Numbered from the stretch's first letter, positions 40,705 to 50,795 are shown. The stretch: DNA of 64,000 nt from an uncultured delta proteobacterium (GCA_963745025.1 CAVUWD010000008.1:160001-224000); one strand, 5' to 3'. Program-made: numbers and translations. Notes: generated by a model from the letters alone, not told the origin.

Positions 40705-41574
40705 CTAGGAAAGTTTGGCGATGACCCGTTCGGCAAACTCGTCGAGGCCCTTGCGGACGGATTCCTCGTCGAACCCAGCCGGGGAGATCATCAGCCGCCG
40801 TACGCCCATCTCCTGATAGCGCTTCACGGTGTCGGCGTCGGTCTTGCTGCCGGCACCCGTGGTGAGCTCGATCTCGTCGGGATTGCGGCCGACCTTGGCA
40901 CATTCGCCGCGGAGAACGGCGAAGAGACGGGTGAGCGTTTCGCTGTCGCCCCGGGCGGGGAAGAAGCCGTCGCCGAGCCTGGCCGCGCGGCGCGCGGCGG
41001 GCTCCGAGTGGCCGCCGATCACGATCGGCACCCCGCCGCTCTGCACCGGCTTCGGATTCGATTCGACGGCCGGCCAGCGATAGAACTTGCCGGAGAAAGG
41101 AGCGGGCGAGGCTTGCCAGAGCGAACGGATGGCGCGAATCGATTCGTCGGTACGTGCGCCACGCTCACCGAACGGCACGCCGAGCACGTCGAATTCTTCG
41201 GCGAGCCAGCCGCTGCCGATGCCGAGGATCGCTCGGCCGTTCGAGAGCACGTCCAAGGTGGCGACTTCCTTGGCCACGTAGGCCGGGTGGCGCTGCGGCA
41301 GGATGAGAATCCCCGTGCCGAGGCGGATCGTCTTGGTCACCGCGGCCACGAACGCGAGCGGCAACAGTGGGTCCGGGATCGAAACGTTCTCCGCGCCCGG
41401 GATTTTGCCGCTCCGACTATAGGGATAGGGCGATTTGTAGCCGACCGGGATCACCACGTGCTCGACTGTCCAGAGCGACTCGATGCCCCGCTCCTCGGCT
41501 GCCTGCGCCAAGCGTGCGAGGCTCTCCGGATAGGAGAACGGTCCCGTGTTGGCGAACATCAGTCCGAATTTCAT
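40705..41574 (-). CDS. LLM-class F420-dependent oxidoreductase
   Basis: ESLWTVEHVVIP, PQRHPAYVAKEVATLDVLSNGR, GWLAEEF. Confidence 0.9.
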   Translation of the reverse strand: MKFGLMFANTGPFSYPESLARLAQAAEERGIESLWTVEHVVIPVGYKSPYPYSRSGKIPGAENVSIPDPLLPLAFVAAVTKTIRLGTGILILPQRHPAYVAKEVATLDVLSNGRAILGIGSGWLAEEFDVLGVPFGERGARTDESIRAIRSLWQASPAPFSGKFYRWPAVESNPKPVQSGGVPIVIGGHSEPAARRAARLGDGFFPARGDSETLTRLFAVLRGECAKVGRNPDEIELTTGAGSKTDADTVKRYQEMGVRRLMISPAGFDEESVRKGLDEFAERVIAKLS

Positions 41575-41629
41575 GGCTCCCCCTCGCTCGCGACGTTGTT
41601 CCGTCGAGCGGTCTGTATAGAGCTTCGCG

Positions 41630-42160
41630 GTGCGGACGTCGACCGCCGCTGCGCCGTTGCGGGAAGCCGGGCCTCGGGATAAGGCTCCCGGTCGAGTGGT
41701 TCCGGAAGAAGGACCTCGGAAGGATCTCTCGCACGGCCCCCCCGACTCGTCGGGGGCTCACCTGGCGCTCCAGGAGGTGCTGCGGCGAAACGACACCTTC
41801 ACTGCCGCGCGCGCCGCGGCGATCGAGTCGGCACGGCCGCTGAAGAAGATCCTGCTGCCCTTCGCCGCGAAGGTCGTTCACTTTTTTGCCCGTTGGCAGG
41901 TCGAATGGAATTTCGCCGCGGGCCGGGCGTTGGAGACGGTGGTGCGCTCGCTCGATGAGCGCGATCGCTGGGTGAGCGCGCTCGTGGCACGGATGCGGGC
42001 GGCCGAGGAGCGTGTGAGCCAGCTCGAGACCGAGCTGCGTGGTGCGCGCGCGGCGGCGGAGGACGCCCGGCGAAAGCTCGCCAGCGTCGGCATCCGCTTG
42101 CGGGAGCTGGAGGAGCGCAGCGAGGGCCGCGCGTCCGGAAACGAAGCCGAGAAGGACTGA
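41630..42160 (+). CDS. Hypothetical coiled-coil protein of a glycosylation locus
   Basis: ARWQVEWN followed by a heptad-rich coil; leads directly into GT4 genes. Confidence 0.55.
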   Translation: MRTSTAAAPLREAGPRDKAPGRVVPEEGPRKDLSHGPPDSSGAHLALQEVLRRNDTFTAARAAAIESARPLKKILLPFAAKVVHFFARWQVEWNFAAGRALETVVRSLDERDRWVSALVARMRAAEERVSQLETELRGARAAAEDARRKLASVGIRLRELEERSEGRASGNEAEKD

Positions 42161-42165
42161 GCCGC

Positions 42166-43212
42166 GTGCGCATCGTCATCGCCACGGCACAGATTCCCTT
42201 CGTCAGCGGCGGCGCCGAAATCGTCGTCGGCAACCTCCGCGAGGCGATCCGCGCGCACGGACACGAGGCGGACGTCGTCTCGCTGCCATTCAAATGGTAC
42301 CCGGCGACCGAGATTCCCAAGCAGGTCCTGATGGCGCGACTCGTCGATCTCAGCGAATCCGACGGCCGGCCGATCGACCGGATGATCGCCCTCAAGTTTC
42401 CCGCCTACTGCGTGCGTCATCCGCGGAAGGTTCTCTGGCTCTTCCACCAGCATCGTACCGCCTACGAGCTGTGGGGGACGAAGGACTGCGATCTCATGCG
42501 CTTCCCCGAGGGGAAGCGCGTCCGCGAGTTCGTCCACGCGGTCGACGAGCGCTTCATCGCCGAGGCGCTCGCCGTGCACGCGATCTCGAGGGAGGTCGTC
42601 GATCGGCTGAAGGATTTCGCAAACGTCGACCACGAGCCGCTGTATCCGCCTCCTGACCGGCCCGAGACCTTTCATCATCAGGAATATGGCGACTACGTCT
42701 TCTTCCCGAGCCGCATCTCGCCCTACAAGCGGCAGCTGCTCCTGGTCGAAGCGATGGCGCACGTGCGCTCGCCGATCCGCTGCGTGCTGGCAGGCGCGCC
42801 CACCGAGCCCGACAGCGCCTTTCAAGTCGAGCATCGACGCAACGTTCTCGGGCTCGGCGATCGAGTGCGGCTCGCGGGGAGCATCAGCCACGAGGAGAAG
42901 GTGCGCTACTACGCGGGGGCGCTCGCCGTATTCTTCGGGCCTTTGCGCGAGGATTACGGCTTGGTGACGCTGGAAGCGTTCCTCTCGCGCAAGCCCGTGA
43001 TCACCTGCACCGACAGCGGCGGCCCGCTCGAGTTCGTGGCGGACGGCGTCAACGGTTTCGTCGTCGAGCCCGATCCGGAGGCGATCGCTGCCAAGCTCGA
43101 CGCGCTCTACTTCGATCGCCAGCGGGCACGCTCTCTTGGTGACGCCGGCTTCGAGAGCTATCGGACGAAGGGAATCTCGTGGGAGACGGTGGTCGCGAAG
43201 CTGCTCGCTTGA
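42166..43212 (+). CDS. Glycosyltransferase family 4
   Basis: PFVSGGAE, SRISPYKRQ, EDYGLVTLEAF..KPVI. Confidence 0.92.
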   Translation: MRIVIATAQIPFVSGGAEIVVGNLREAIRAHGHEADVVSLPFKWYPATEIPKQVLMARLVDLSESDGRPIDRMIALKFPAYCVRHPRKVLWLFHQHRTAYELWGTKDCDLMRFPEGKRVREFVHAVDERFIAEALAVHAISREVVDRLKDFANVDHEPLYPPPDRPETFHHQEYGDYVFFPSRISPYKRQLLLVEAMAHVRSPIRCVLAGAPTEPDSAFQVEHRRNVLGLGDRVRLAGSISHEEKVRYYAGALAVFFGPLREDYGLVTLEAFLSRKPVITCTDSGGPLEFVADGVNGFVVEPDPEAIAAKLDALYFDRQRARSLGDAGFESYRTKGISWETVVAKLLA

Positions 43213-43856
43213 GGATCGCGTATTTCGGCCCGCTGCCGCCCCGCGTGGGCGCCGTCGCGGAGTATGGGGAGCGGCTGCTCGGGGAGCTCGCCCGGCGCGC
43301 GGAGGTTGGTGTCTTCGTCGAAGGCGAGCTGCCGTCGTGCCGCGCGATCATCGAGCGCTGCCGAGTCTACGACCTCGCGCGGGTCCACTATCGAAACGTT
43401 CTTTTCGAGTACGACGTCGTTCTCCATTCGGTCCCGGGCGAGCCGGTCGGTGGCTCGTGGCGCGCAGCGCTCGTCGAGTGGCCGGGCGTCGTGGTGATTC
43501 ACGAGGCCGAGCTCGAGAAATTGTTCACGCGCGAGCCGGATCTTCGCCGGCCGATCCTCGAAACCGCGCTCGCCCTGGTGGTCCATTCGCCTGCCCTCGC
43601 CGAGCGGCTGCGGACGGAGTCCGCCGCGATGCCCGTCTTCTTGCTCGAGCCGCCAGGCGATCGCTTCGACACGCTCGCTGCCGCGCTTCTCGACGTCTGC
43701 CGCGACGCTCTGGGCCGAAGCGCCCGCTGGCTCGAGCTGCTTCTCGAGACCGCGTGCGCCGAGATTCCCGGATACATTCCTGGGGAGCGTGAGGCTCCGT
43801 GGCGTGCGGAGGTCGACGAGCTCGCGCGGCTCGGGGGGCAGCGGGGACGTTCTTGA
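43209..43856 (+). CDS. GT4-like N-terminal domain protein lacking the C-terminal nucleotide-sugar domain
   Basis: LRIAYFGPLPP..GAVAEY, PGVVVIHE; TTG start overlaps the previous stop; no EGFG-type motif. Confidence 0.6.
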   Translation: MRIAYFGPLPPRVGAVAEYGERLLGELARRAEVGVFVEGELPSCRAIIERCRVYDLARVHYRNVLFEYDVVLHSVPGEPVGGSWRAALVEWPGVVVIHEAELEKLFTREPDLRRPILETALALVVHSPALAERLRTESAAMPVFLLEPPGDRFDTLAAALLDVCRDALGRSARWLELLLETACAEIPGYIPGEREAPWRAEVDELARLGGQRGRS

Positions 43857-43936
43857 CCTTCGTAACCTTCGTCGCGCCTTCGTCCTTACCGGATTTTCCT
43901 AGCGAAGAAGGTCACGAAGGTCAGGAACGTCCCCGC
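43841..43936. terminator. 35-bp inverted repeat overlapping both convergent stop codons
   Basis: GCGGGGACGTTCTTGACCTTCGTAACCTTCGTCGC ... GCGAAGAAGGTCACGAAGGTCAGGAACGTCCCCGC (3 mismatches). Confidence 0.7.
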
Positions 43937-45030
43937 GGAATCACGTGCAGCGAATGCGGTGAGAAGGCGACGCGGACCGGCCTTCCGGGCCGGAGTCCGA
44001 GGCCGCTGACGACCAATCTCGTCGTCAGCGCGGTCACCGTAACGCCGCAATCGACGGCGACCCGCACCTGCGTCCCCCAGAAGGCGAGGCCTTTCACGGC
44101 GCCCGGAATCACGTTCCACGCTCCGGGTGGTTGAATCCCCTCGTCCGCGATGAGCGACACGTCCTCCGCGCGCAGGCATACCCACACTTGCTCGTCGGGT
44201 CGGCCGCGCACGGCGGCGGTGAGGCGCAACGCCTCGACCCCGATCGTCGTCGCCTCGGGCGACGTCGAGAGAATCCGGCCCGCCAGCAGCGTCTCGATGC
44301 CGACGAAGCGAGCGACCGCCTCGCTCGCCGGCCGCCGCCCGACCTCCTCGGGTGACCCGATCTGAGCGACGGCGCCGTCGAGAAGAACGGCGACGCGATT
44401 GCCGAGCGCGAACGCCTCGTCGCGGTCGTGGGTGACGAAGATCGTGGTCGTGTGGGTCTCGGCGAGGAGATCATGAAGCTCTCCGACAAGCGCCTGCCGG
44501 CTCGGCGGATCGAGCGCCGCGAACGGCTCGTCGAGAAGGAGGATCTCGGGTTGCAGGACGAACGCGCGCGCGAGGCTCGCGCGCTGGGCTTCCCCGCCGG
44601 AGATCCGATGCGCGGGGCGGCTCGCGAGGTGTGTGATGGCGAAGCGAGTGAGCCACTCTTCGACGCGGCGCGTGCGCTCTCCGCGGCGGACGCCGCGGAG
44701 CTTGAGGCCGAGCGCGACGTTGGCGGATACGGTGGTACGGCAAAGCAGCGGGTCCTGAAACACGATCGCCATGCGCCGCCGCAATGCGAGAAGCCGCAAA
44801 TGGTCGCGCGAGACCGGTTCGCCGCGGAACCAGAGCTCGCCTCGCGTGGGGGCGTGGAGCAGGCCGAGCACCCGGAGGAGCGTCGACTTTCCCGCACCAT
44901 TCGGACCGACGACGCTGAGCGTCTCGCCCTGCTCGACCGCCAATTCCGGGAGATCGAGGATTCTCCTGCGGCGCTCCTCGACCGCGACCCCTCGCGCCAG
45001 CAGCGCGGGCCCGCGAGAGTCCGCAATCAC
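43921..45030 (-). CDS. tupC: Tungstate ABC transporter ATP-binding subunit with TOBE domain
   Basis: GPNGAGKS, ISGGEAQR, LLDEPF; downstream of tupB. Confidence 0.8.
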   Translation of the reverse strand: MIADSRGPALLARGVAVEERRRRILDLPELAVEQGETLSVVGPNGAGKSTLLRVLGLLHAPTRGELWFRGEPVSRDHLRLLALRRRMAIVFQDPLLCRTTVSANVALGLKLRGVRRGERTRRVEEWLTRFAITHLASRPAHRISGGEAQRASLARAFVLQPEILLLDEPFAALDPPSRQALVGELHDLLAETHTTTIFVTHDRDEAFALGNRVAVLLDGAVAQIGSPEEVGRRPASEAVARFVGIETLLAGRILSTSPEATTIGVEALRLTAAVRGRPDEQVWVCLRAEDVSLIADEGIQPPGAWNVIPGAVKGLAFWGTQVRVAVDCGVTVTALTTRLVVSGLGLRPGRPVRVAFSPHSLHVIPRGRS

Positions 45031-45725
45031 CTCCGAGTCGCCCTCTGCTGGACGAGCGTGAGGGCCAGGTTGATCACGAACGAGATGCCGAGCAAGATCA
45101 GGCTGAGCGCGATCGCCACGTCGAAGTTACCCTTGTTGGTCTCGAGCACGGTCGCCGTGGTGAGCACGCGGGTGTGGTGCAGGATGTTGCCGCCCACCAT
45201 CAGCGATGCGCCGACTTCGGAGATCACGGCGCCGAATCCCGCCATGACCGCGGCCAGCAGTGGTAGCCGGGCCTCGCGGAGCAGCAGCACGAGGAGCTGC
45301 GCGCGCGAGGCGCCGAGGCCGAGGAGCTGGAGCGACAGGTGCGGATCGATTTGCTGAACCGCGGCGACGGTCAGCCCGATGACCACGGGAAGCGCGAGGA
45401 TGAGCTGCGCGACGACGATCGCCGCGGGCGTGTACAGCAGCTCGAGGAAGCCGAGGGGCCCGCTTCGCCACAGGAAGATCGTGACGAATAAGCCGACGAC
45501 GACCGGCGGCAGGCCCATCCCCGTGTTGACGAGACTGACGATGAGGTTCCTGCCCGGAAACGGCTTGAGCCCGATCCACACCCCGAACGGTACGCCGACG
45601 ACGAGCGCGAGGAGCGTCGCCAACGCGGATACCTCGAGCGAGAGCCGGGCGATCTCGATCACGTCGGGATCGCCCGCGGCGATCAGCCGAGCCGCCTGCT
45701 CGATGCCTTGCCAGAGGAGGTCCAT
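45027..45725 (-). CDS. tupB: Tungstate ABC transporter permease
   Basis: NTGMGLPPVVVGL, LWRSGPLG, SEVGASLMVGGNI...TRVLTTA. Confidence 0.9.
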   Translation of the reverse strand: MDLLWQGIEQAARLIAAGDPDVIEIARLSLEVSALATLLALVVGVPFGVWIGLKPFPGRNLIVSLVNTGMGLPPVVVGLFVTIFLWRSGPLGFLELLYTPAAIVVAQLILALPVVIGLTVAAVQQIDPHLSLQLLGLGASRAQLLVLLLREARLPLLAAVMAGFGAVISEVGASLMVGGNILHHTRVLTTATVLETNKGNFDVAIALSLILLGISFVINLALTLVQQRATRR

Positions 45726-45738
45726 GGGGATTGTCTCC

Positions 45739-45788
45739 GGCTACCGGCTACCGGCAAAGGATCCGTGGCGCCTTTGTAGCCGGTAGCC
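45739..45788. repeat. GGCTAC/GTAGCC REP-like hairpin (empty form)
   Basis: GGCTACCGGCTAC-cggc-AAAGG...CCTTT-GTAGCCGGTAGCC between tupA and tupB. Confidence 0.7.
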
Positions 45789-45794
45789 TTCTCT

Positions 45795-46632
45795 TCAGTC
45801 CGCGGCCTCTCTTGTCCCGGCGTCCGGGAAGAAGAGAGGCTCGCCGAATTTTTCGCGCCCGAAATCGCGGATGACGTTCTGCACCTCGGCCGAGACGAGG
45901 AAGTCGGCGAAGGCCTTGGCGCCCGAATCGTTCACCTTCGGAAACTTCGCCGGGTTGACGAGCATGACGTGGTAGACGTTGCGCAGCTCGGGATCGCCTT
46001 GGAAGAGGATGTCGAGCTCGAGGGTCTTTCGCTGGGCGAGATACGTGCCGCGGTCCGAGAGCGTGTAAGCGCGCTTCTCGGACGCGAGCCGTAGCGTCGC
46101 GCCCATTCCCTGGCCCGCCTCGAGGTACCAGTGCGCGCCCTTCGGGATCGACGCCAGAAGCCTTCCAGAGCTTCTTTTCGAGGAGGTCGGTCCCGGAGTT
46201 GTCTCCGCGCGAGACGAAGGTGGCCTTGGCGTCGGCGATCTTCTTCGGCACGGCGACCGCTTGCTCGGTCCCGCGGACGTGCGCCGGGTCGGCCGCCGGC
46301 CCGACGAAGACGAAGTCGTTGTGCATGACGGCCCGTCGATCGATCATCGATCCGTCGGCGATGTACTTCTTCTCGAGGTCGGGCGCGTGGCAGAGGACCA
46401 CGTCCGCCTCGCCGCGCGCGCCGAGCGCGAGCGCCTGACCCGTGCCGATCGCGACCGTCTTCACGTGAACGCCGGTCTTCTTCTCGAACATCGGCACGAG
46501 AACGTCGAGAAGGCCGGAGTCCTGGGTGCTCGTCGTCGTGGCGAGGATGATCGGACGCTCGTCTGCGGCCCGGGTGAGCGCGGCCCAGGCGAAGACGGCC
46601 GCGCCGAGGACGAAAAGGCGACGTGGTTTCAT
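45795..46632 (-). CDS. tupA: Tungstate-binding periplasmic protein, apparent +1 homopolymer frameshift near 46145
   Basis: LATTTSTQDSGLL signature, FVSRGDNSGT; after the shift WYLEAGQGMGATL...YTLSDRGTY. Confidence 0.88.
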
Positions 46633-46698
46633 GTGGCCGCATTTTTCAGGCAAACTGATTCGACTTCAACCCTTTACGGGAACGCAGGAGATGCGACC

Positions 46699-48024
46699 AT
46701 GACCTCGCCGAACGACTTGCAGCAGCGTCTCGCTTCCGCGCAAGCGACGGTGGGAGTGATCGGGCTCGGTTACGTCGGCCTGCCGCTCGCGCTGACGATG
46801 GCGGAGGCGGGCAAGCGAGTGGTGGGGTTCGACGTGGATCGAGCGAAGGTGGACAGGCTCCGCGCTGGCGAGAGCTACATCCGCCACATCGCCCCCGAGC
46901 GCATCGTCGCGCTCGCGAGCCGTTTCCAGCCCACCTCCGACTTCTCGGCGCTTCGCGACTGCGACGCGATCGTGATCTGCGTGCCGACGCCGCTCACCGA
47001 GGGGCGGGAGCCGGATCTGGGCTACGTGAGCGGGACGGCCGAGACGATCGGCAAGCACCTGCGGCGGGGGCAGCTGGTGGTGCTGGAGAGCACGACCTAT
47101 CCGGGCACGACCGACGAAGTGGTGCGGCCGATCCTGGAACGGGGCGGGCTGCGGGTGGGAGAGGACTTCCACCTGGCATTCTCGCCCGAGCGCGAGGACC
47201 CGGGGAACCCCGACTACTCCACGCGCACGATCCCGAAGCTGGTGGGAGGGGTGACCGCGCAGTGCGGGGTGGTGGCGGCGGCGCTGTATGGGAGCTTTCT
47301 GGAGAAGGTGGTGGTGGTCTCCAGCGCACGGGTGGCCGAGGCGGCCAAGCTCTTGGAGAACATCTATCGGTCGATCAACATCGCGCTGGTCAACGAATTG
47401 AAGATGTTGTTCGCGAGGATGGGGATCGACGTGTGGGAGGTGATCGGGGCGGCGGCGACGAAGCCCTTCGGGTTCACGCCGTTCTACCCGGGGCCTGGGC
47501 TCGGGGGGCACTGCATCCCGATCGATCCATTCTATCTGACGTGGAAGGCGCGGCATTACGATTTTTCGACGCGGTTCATCGAGCTGGCGGGGGAGGTGAA
47601 CACGGGGATGCCGTACTGGGTGGTGGAGCGGGTGGTGGAGGCGCTGTCGGAGCGGGGCCGAGCGATCAAGGGGGCCAAGGTTCTGGTGTTGGGGGTGGCG
47701 TACAAGAAGGACGTGGATGACCTGCGGGAGTCGCCGTCGCTGAAGGTGATCGAGATTCTGGAGGCGCGTGGGGCGGAGGTGACCTACAACGATCCGTATG
47801 TTCCGTCGCTGCGGGCGCGGAAGCTGCGGCACTACGAGACCTTCGCCCTGGACTCGGTGGAGCTGACGGAGGGTGTGGTGGCCGGAGCGGACTGTGTGCT
47901 GATCGCCACCGACCACGGCGCCTACGACTACGACTGGATCGTGCGCAATGCCCGCCTGGTGGTCGACACCCGCAACGCCACCCGTCACGTCGCCCACGGC
48001 CGCGACAAGATCGTCAAGGCATGA
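46699..48024 (+). CDS. Nucleotide-sugar dehydrogenase (UDP-GlcNAc 6-dehydrogenase, WbpA-like)
   Basis: GLGYVG, CVPTP, ESTTYPGTT, SPEREDPGN, GGHCIPIDP, YKKDVDDLRESP. Confidence 0.93.
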   Translation: MTSPNDLQQRLASAQATVGVIGLGYVGLPLALTMAEAGKRVVGFDVDRAKVDRLRAGESYIRHIAPERIVALASRFQPTSDFSALRDCDAIVICVPTPLTEGREPDLGYVSGTAETIGKHLRRGQLVVLESTTYPGTTDEVVRPILERGGLRVGEDFHLAFSPEREDPGNPDYSTRTIPKLVGGVTAQCGVVAAALYGSFLEKVVVVSSARVAEAAKLLENIYRSINIALVNELKMLFARMGIDVWEVIGAAATKPFGFTPFYPGPGLGGHCIPIDPFYLTWKARHYDFSTRFIELAGEVNTGMPYWVVERVVEALSERGRAIKGAKVLVLGVAYKKDVDDLRESPSLKVIEILEARGAEVTYNDPYVPSLRARKLRHYETFALDSVELTEGVVAGADCVLIATDHGAYDYDWIVRNARLVVDTRNATRHVAHGRDKIVKA

Positions 48025-48452
48025 GCCTCCGAGATCGCATCTCGGCATGGGCACCGGCCGTCGTCTGGGCCCTGGTCATCTTCTTCATGTCGACCGAAGA
48101 GATGGCCGCGGCACACACGCGAAGGTGGCTCGAGCCGATCGTGCACTTCTTCTTCCCCGCGGTGCCCGAGGCGGACTTCGACCTCGGCCACGCCGTCGTG
48201 CGCAAGCTCGCGCACGTCTCCGAATACTTCGTGTTCGCGCTGCTCCTCGACCGAGGCTGGCGCCAGGGGTCGATGCTCTCGCGGGCGCGAGCGCCGTTTG
48301 CCGCCTTCGCCGTGGCCGCCCTCTACTCGCTCACCGACGAGGGGCATCAGACGTTCGTCGCGTCGCGCACCGCATCGCTTTTCGACTGCGTTTTGGACTC
48401 TCTCGGCGCCGCGCTCGCCGCTGGAGTCGCGAGCCGTCGGACGTATCTCTGA
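48021..48452 (+). CDS. VanZ family membrane protein
   Basis: VRKLAHVSEY, TDEGHQTFVASRT. Confidence 0.85.
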   Translation: MSLRDRISAWAPAVVWALVIFFMSTEEMAAAHTRRWLEPIVHFFFPAVPEADFDLGHAVVRKLAHVSEYFVFALLLDRGWRQGSMLSRARAPFAAFAVAALYSLTDEGHQTFVASRTASLFDCVLDSLGAALAAGVASRRTYL

Positions 48453-48486
48453 TCGCGAGGATCGCCGACACGCCGATCGGCGTTCG

Positions 48487-49434
48487 TCAGTGCTTGAGCC
48501 CTTCGAGGAAGCGCTCGGCGTCGATCGCCGCCATGCAACCCGTGCCGGCTGCGGTCACGGCCTGGCGGTAACTCGGGTCTTGCGCATCGCCGCAGGCGAA
48601 CACGCCGGGCACGCTCGTGGCCGTCGTCTTGCCCCGAGTGAGGATGTAGCCCCGCTCGTCCATCTCGAGCTGACCGTGGAAGAGCTGCGTGTTGGGCTCG
48701 TGGCCGATGGCGATGAACACTCCGTCGCAGCGAACGTCCCGCCTCGTGCCGTTTCGGGTATCGACCAAGCGAACGCCGGTCACGCCGCCTTGCTGGGCGT
48801 CGCCGAACACCTCGTCGATGGTGGCGTTCCAGATGAAGTCGATCCGCGGGTTTCGCTGCGCGCGCTCCTGCATGATCTTGGAGGCGCGGAGGTGATCGCG
48901 GCGGTGGACGATCGTCACCTTGGTGGCGAACTTGGTGAGGAAGCTCGCTTCTTCCATCGCCGTGTCGCCGCCGCCGACCACCAAGACGTCCTTGCCCTTG
49001 AAGAAGAAGCCATCGCAGGTGGCGCAGGCGGAGACGCCGTAGCCCATCAGCCGCTTCTCCGACTCCAGGCCGAGCAGCTTGGCCGAGGCGCCGGTCGAGA
49101 CGATCAGCGTCTGCGCGCGCAGGATGCCGCCACCGAGGACGATGAGAAACGGCCGCTTGGCGAGATCCACGCGCGTCACGTCGCCGGATTCGAACCGGGT
49201 GCCGAAGCGCTCCGCCTGCTTGCGAAAGAGCTCCATCATGTCGGGGCCGAGCAATCCTTCGGGGAAGCCGGGATAGTTTTCGACCTCGGTGGTGATCGTC
49301 AGCTGGCCACCTGGCTGCGAGCCGGACACGACCAGCGGCTCGAGCTTCGCGCGCGATGCGTAGAGCGCCGCCGTCAGGCCCGCCGGACCCGAGCCGAGGA
49401 TGACCACGTCCCAGTCGCGCTTGTCGGTTGCCAT
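48487..49434 (-). CDS. trxB: Thioredoxin-disulfide reductase
   Basis: [45 protein letters not shown]. Confidence 0.96.
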   Translation of the reverse strand: MATDKRDWDVVILGSGPAGLTAALYASRAKLEPLVVSGSQPGGQLTITTEVENYPGFPEGLLGPDMMELFRKQAERFGTRFESGDVTRVDLAKRPFLIVLGGGILRAQTLIVSTGASAKLLGLESEKRLMGYGVSACATCDGFFFKGKDVLVVGGGDTAMEEASFLTKFATKVTIVHRRDHLRASKIMQERAQRNPRIDFIWNATIDEVFGDAQQGGVTGVRLVDTRNGTRRDVRCDGVFIAIGHEPNTQLFHGQLEMDERGYILTRGKTTATSVPGVFACGDAQDPSYRQAVTAAGTGCMAAIDAERFLEGLKH

Positions 49435-49477
49435 CGCTCCTCTATAAAGTATGGCTTCGGCGATGCAAGAATACGAC

Positions 49478-49758
49478 TTAGGGGGGTGGAGGAGGGTAGA
49501 GGCGACCCTGAGGGGGGACGTTACCGCAATGTGCGGAAGAAGGAAGAGCGCGTGGTTTTGTTTTCGAGCCGTACTCGGATCGAAGACAAAACCACGCCAC
49601 CGCGCGAAGTGCGGAAAGCAATATCCAACGCTCGCCTCGAACCGTTTTGCGCTGCGCGCGGTTGCGCGTGTTCGTGTTCGATCCGAATACGGCTCGAACA
49701 CGAACACGCGCGCTCATCATTCTTCGACCGTTTTACTCGGTTCTCTCGAAGACTAAGG
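49478..49758 (+). repeat. Three-hairpin dispersed element, copy 3 (diverged; left end uncertain)
   Basis: Hairpin A GCGTGGTTTTG..TCGAGCCGTACTCGGATCGA..CAAAACCACGC; central CACCGCGCGAAG..GCAATA; hairpin B GCGCGTGTTCGTGTTCGA..TCGAACACGAACACGCGC; end GAAGACTAAGG. Confidence 0.7.
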
Positions 49759-49766
49759 CATTTCGT

Positions 49767-50318
49767 GTGAAACGTCCCTTCCCCAGACGAGCGCCTACCG
49801 CGCTCAGTCACCTCGACGCGCGCGGCCGCGCGCGCATGGTCGACGTCGGCGGCAAGGCGGTCACCTCGCGCGAGGCCGTCGCTCGCGGTGAGGTCAAGAT
49901 GCGCGCCGCGACGCTGCGGGTGATTTCCTCCGAACGGACGAAGAAGGGCGACGTGCTGGCCGTGGCGCGCGTTGCGGGAATCCTCGCCGCCAAGCGCACG
50001 CACGAGCTGATCCCCCTCTGTCATCCGCTGCCCATCCATTCGATCGCCCTGGACCTCGATGCGAACCGCACGCGCTCGACGATCGAAGTCGAGGCGCGGG
50101 TGCGTGTAGAGGCGAAGACCGGAGTCGAGATGGAGGCGCTGACGGCCGTCGCCGTCGCGTGCCTGACGATCTACGACATGGCCAAAGCGATCGATCGCGG
50201 CATGACGATCGGCCGGATTCGGCTGCTCCGCAAGAGCGGGGGGAAGAGCGGGACGTGGGAGAGAACGAGAGATGGCTACAGGCTACGGGCTACAGGCTAC
50301 GGGAACAGACGTCGTTGA
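49767..50318 (+). CDS. moaC: Cyclic pyranopterin monophosphate synthase MoaC
   Basis: [44 protein letters not shown]. Confidence 0.95.
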   Translation: MKRPFPRRAPTALSHLDARGRARMVDVGGKAVTSREAVARGEVKMRAATLRVISSERTKKGDVLAVARVAGILAAKRTHELIPLCHPLPIHSIALDLDANRTRSTIEVEARVRVEAKTGVEMEALTAVAVACLTIYDMAKAIDRGMTIGRIRLLRKSGGKSGTWERTRDGYRLRATGYGNRRR

Positions 50319-50340
50319 GTCTCTCCTGTAGCCCGTAGCC
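50274..50340. repeat. GGCTAC heptamer tandem array plus inverted GTAGCC copies
   Basis: (GGCTAC[A/G])x4 ... CTGTAGCCCGTAGCC, overlapping the moaC 3' end. Confidence 0.75.
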
Positions 50341-50418
50341 CTGTGCCTGCCGTGGCGCGACCCCGCGAAACCGTAGCGCGAGCGCCGTGAGCCTATGCCC
50401 CCTTCGCGGCGCACGGGG

Positions 50419-50731
50419 CTGAGGCCGCGTGCAGCAGCAGGATTCACCGAACTTCCTCGATCGTCTCCGGGCGCGACTGCGTGGAGTGATCGGAGCCTAC
50501 GACCTTCTCCGATTCCACGCCGTCGATGTGTGCGCTCGAGTATTCGACCACGCCGTCGTTGCCAGATTCGACCGGGCCGCTCCCTTTGGCGGGAATGATC
50601 GAGTGGGCCGCGACGCCCGGAGCGATCGGGGCCTCGGAGAGCATCTGCACGAAGCGATGGCGGGGATCCATGTTGTCGAGCGTTGTGATGCTCCCGAGGT
50701 CCGCCGCTTCGAAGGCGCCGGGATTTCTCAA
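50419..50731 (-). pseudogene. C-terminal fragment of an alpha/beta hydrolase (lipase/esterase-like)
   Basis: HSIIP..G..ESGNDGVVEYSSAHIDGVESE...HS...TIEEVR*ILLLH (probable CGA>TGA); N-terminus missing. Confidence 0.7.
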
Positions 50732-50795
50732 TCAAGCCCGCGGTTGCTGGCCCGCCACCAGGCCGAAACACCACTCCGCCCCCGGGCGCCCGGCG

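Noticed and set aside
49440-49760. Moco/Tuco riboswitch upstream of moaC
   Set aside because: The hairpins match the dispersed element also found beside unrelated genes; no Moco motif features were recognised.
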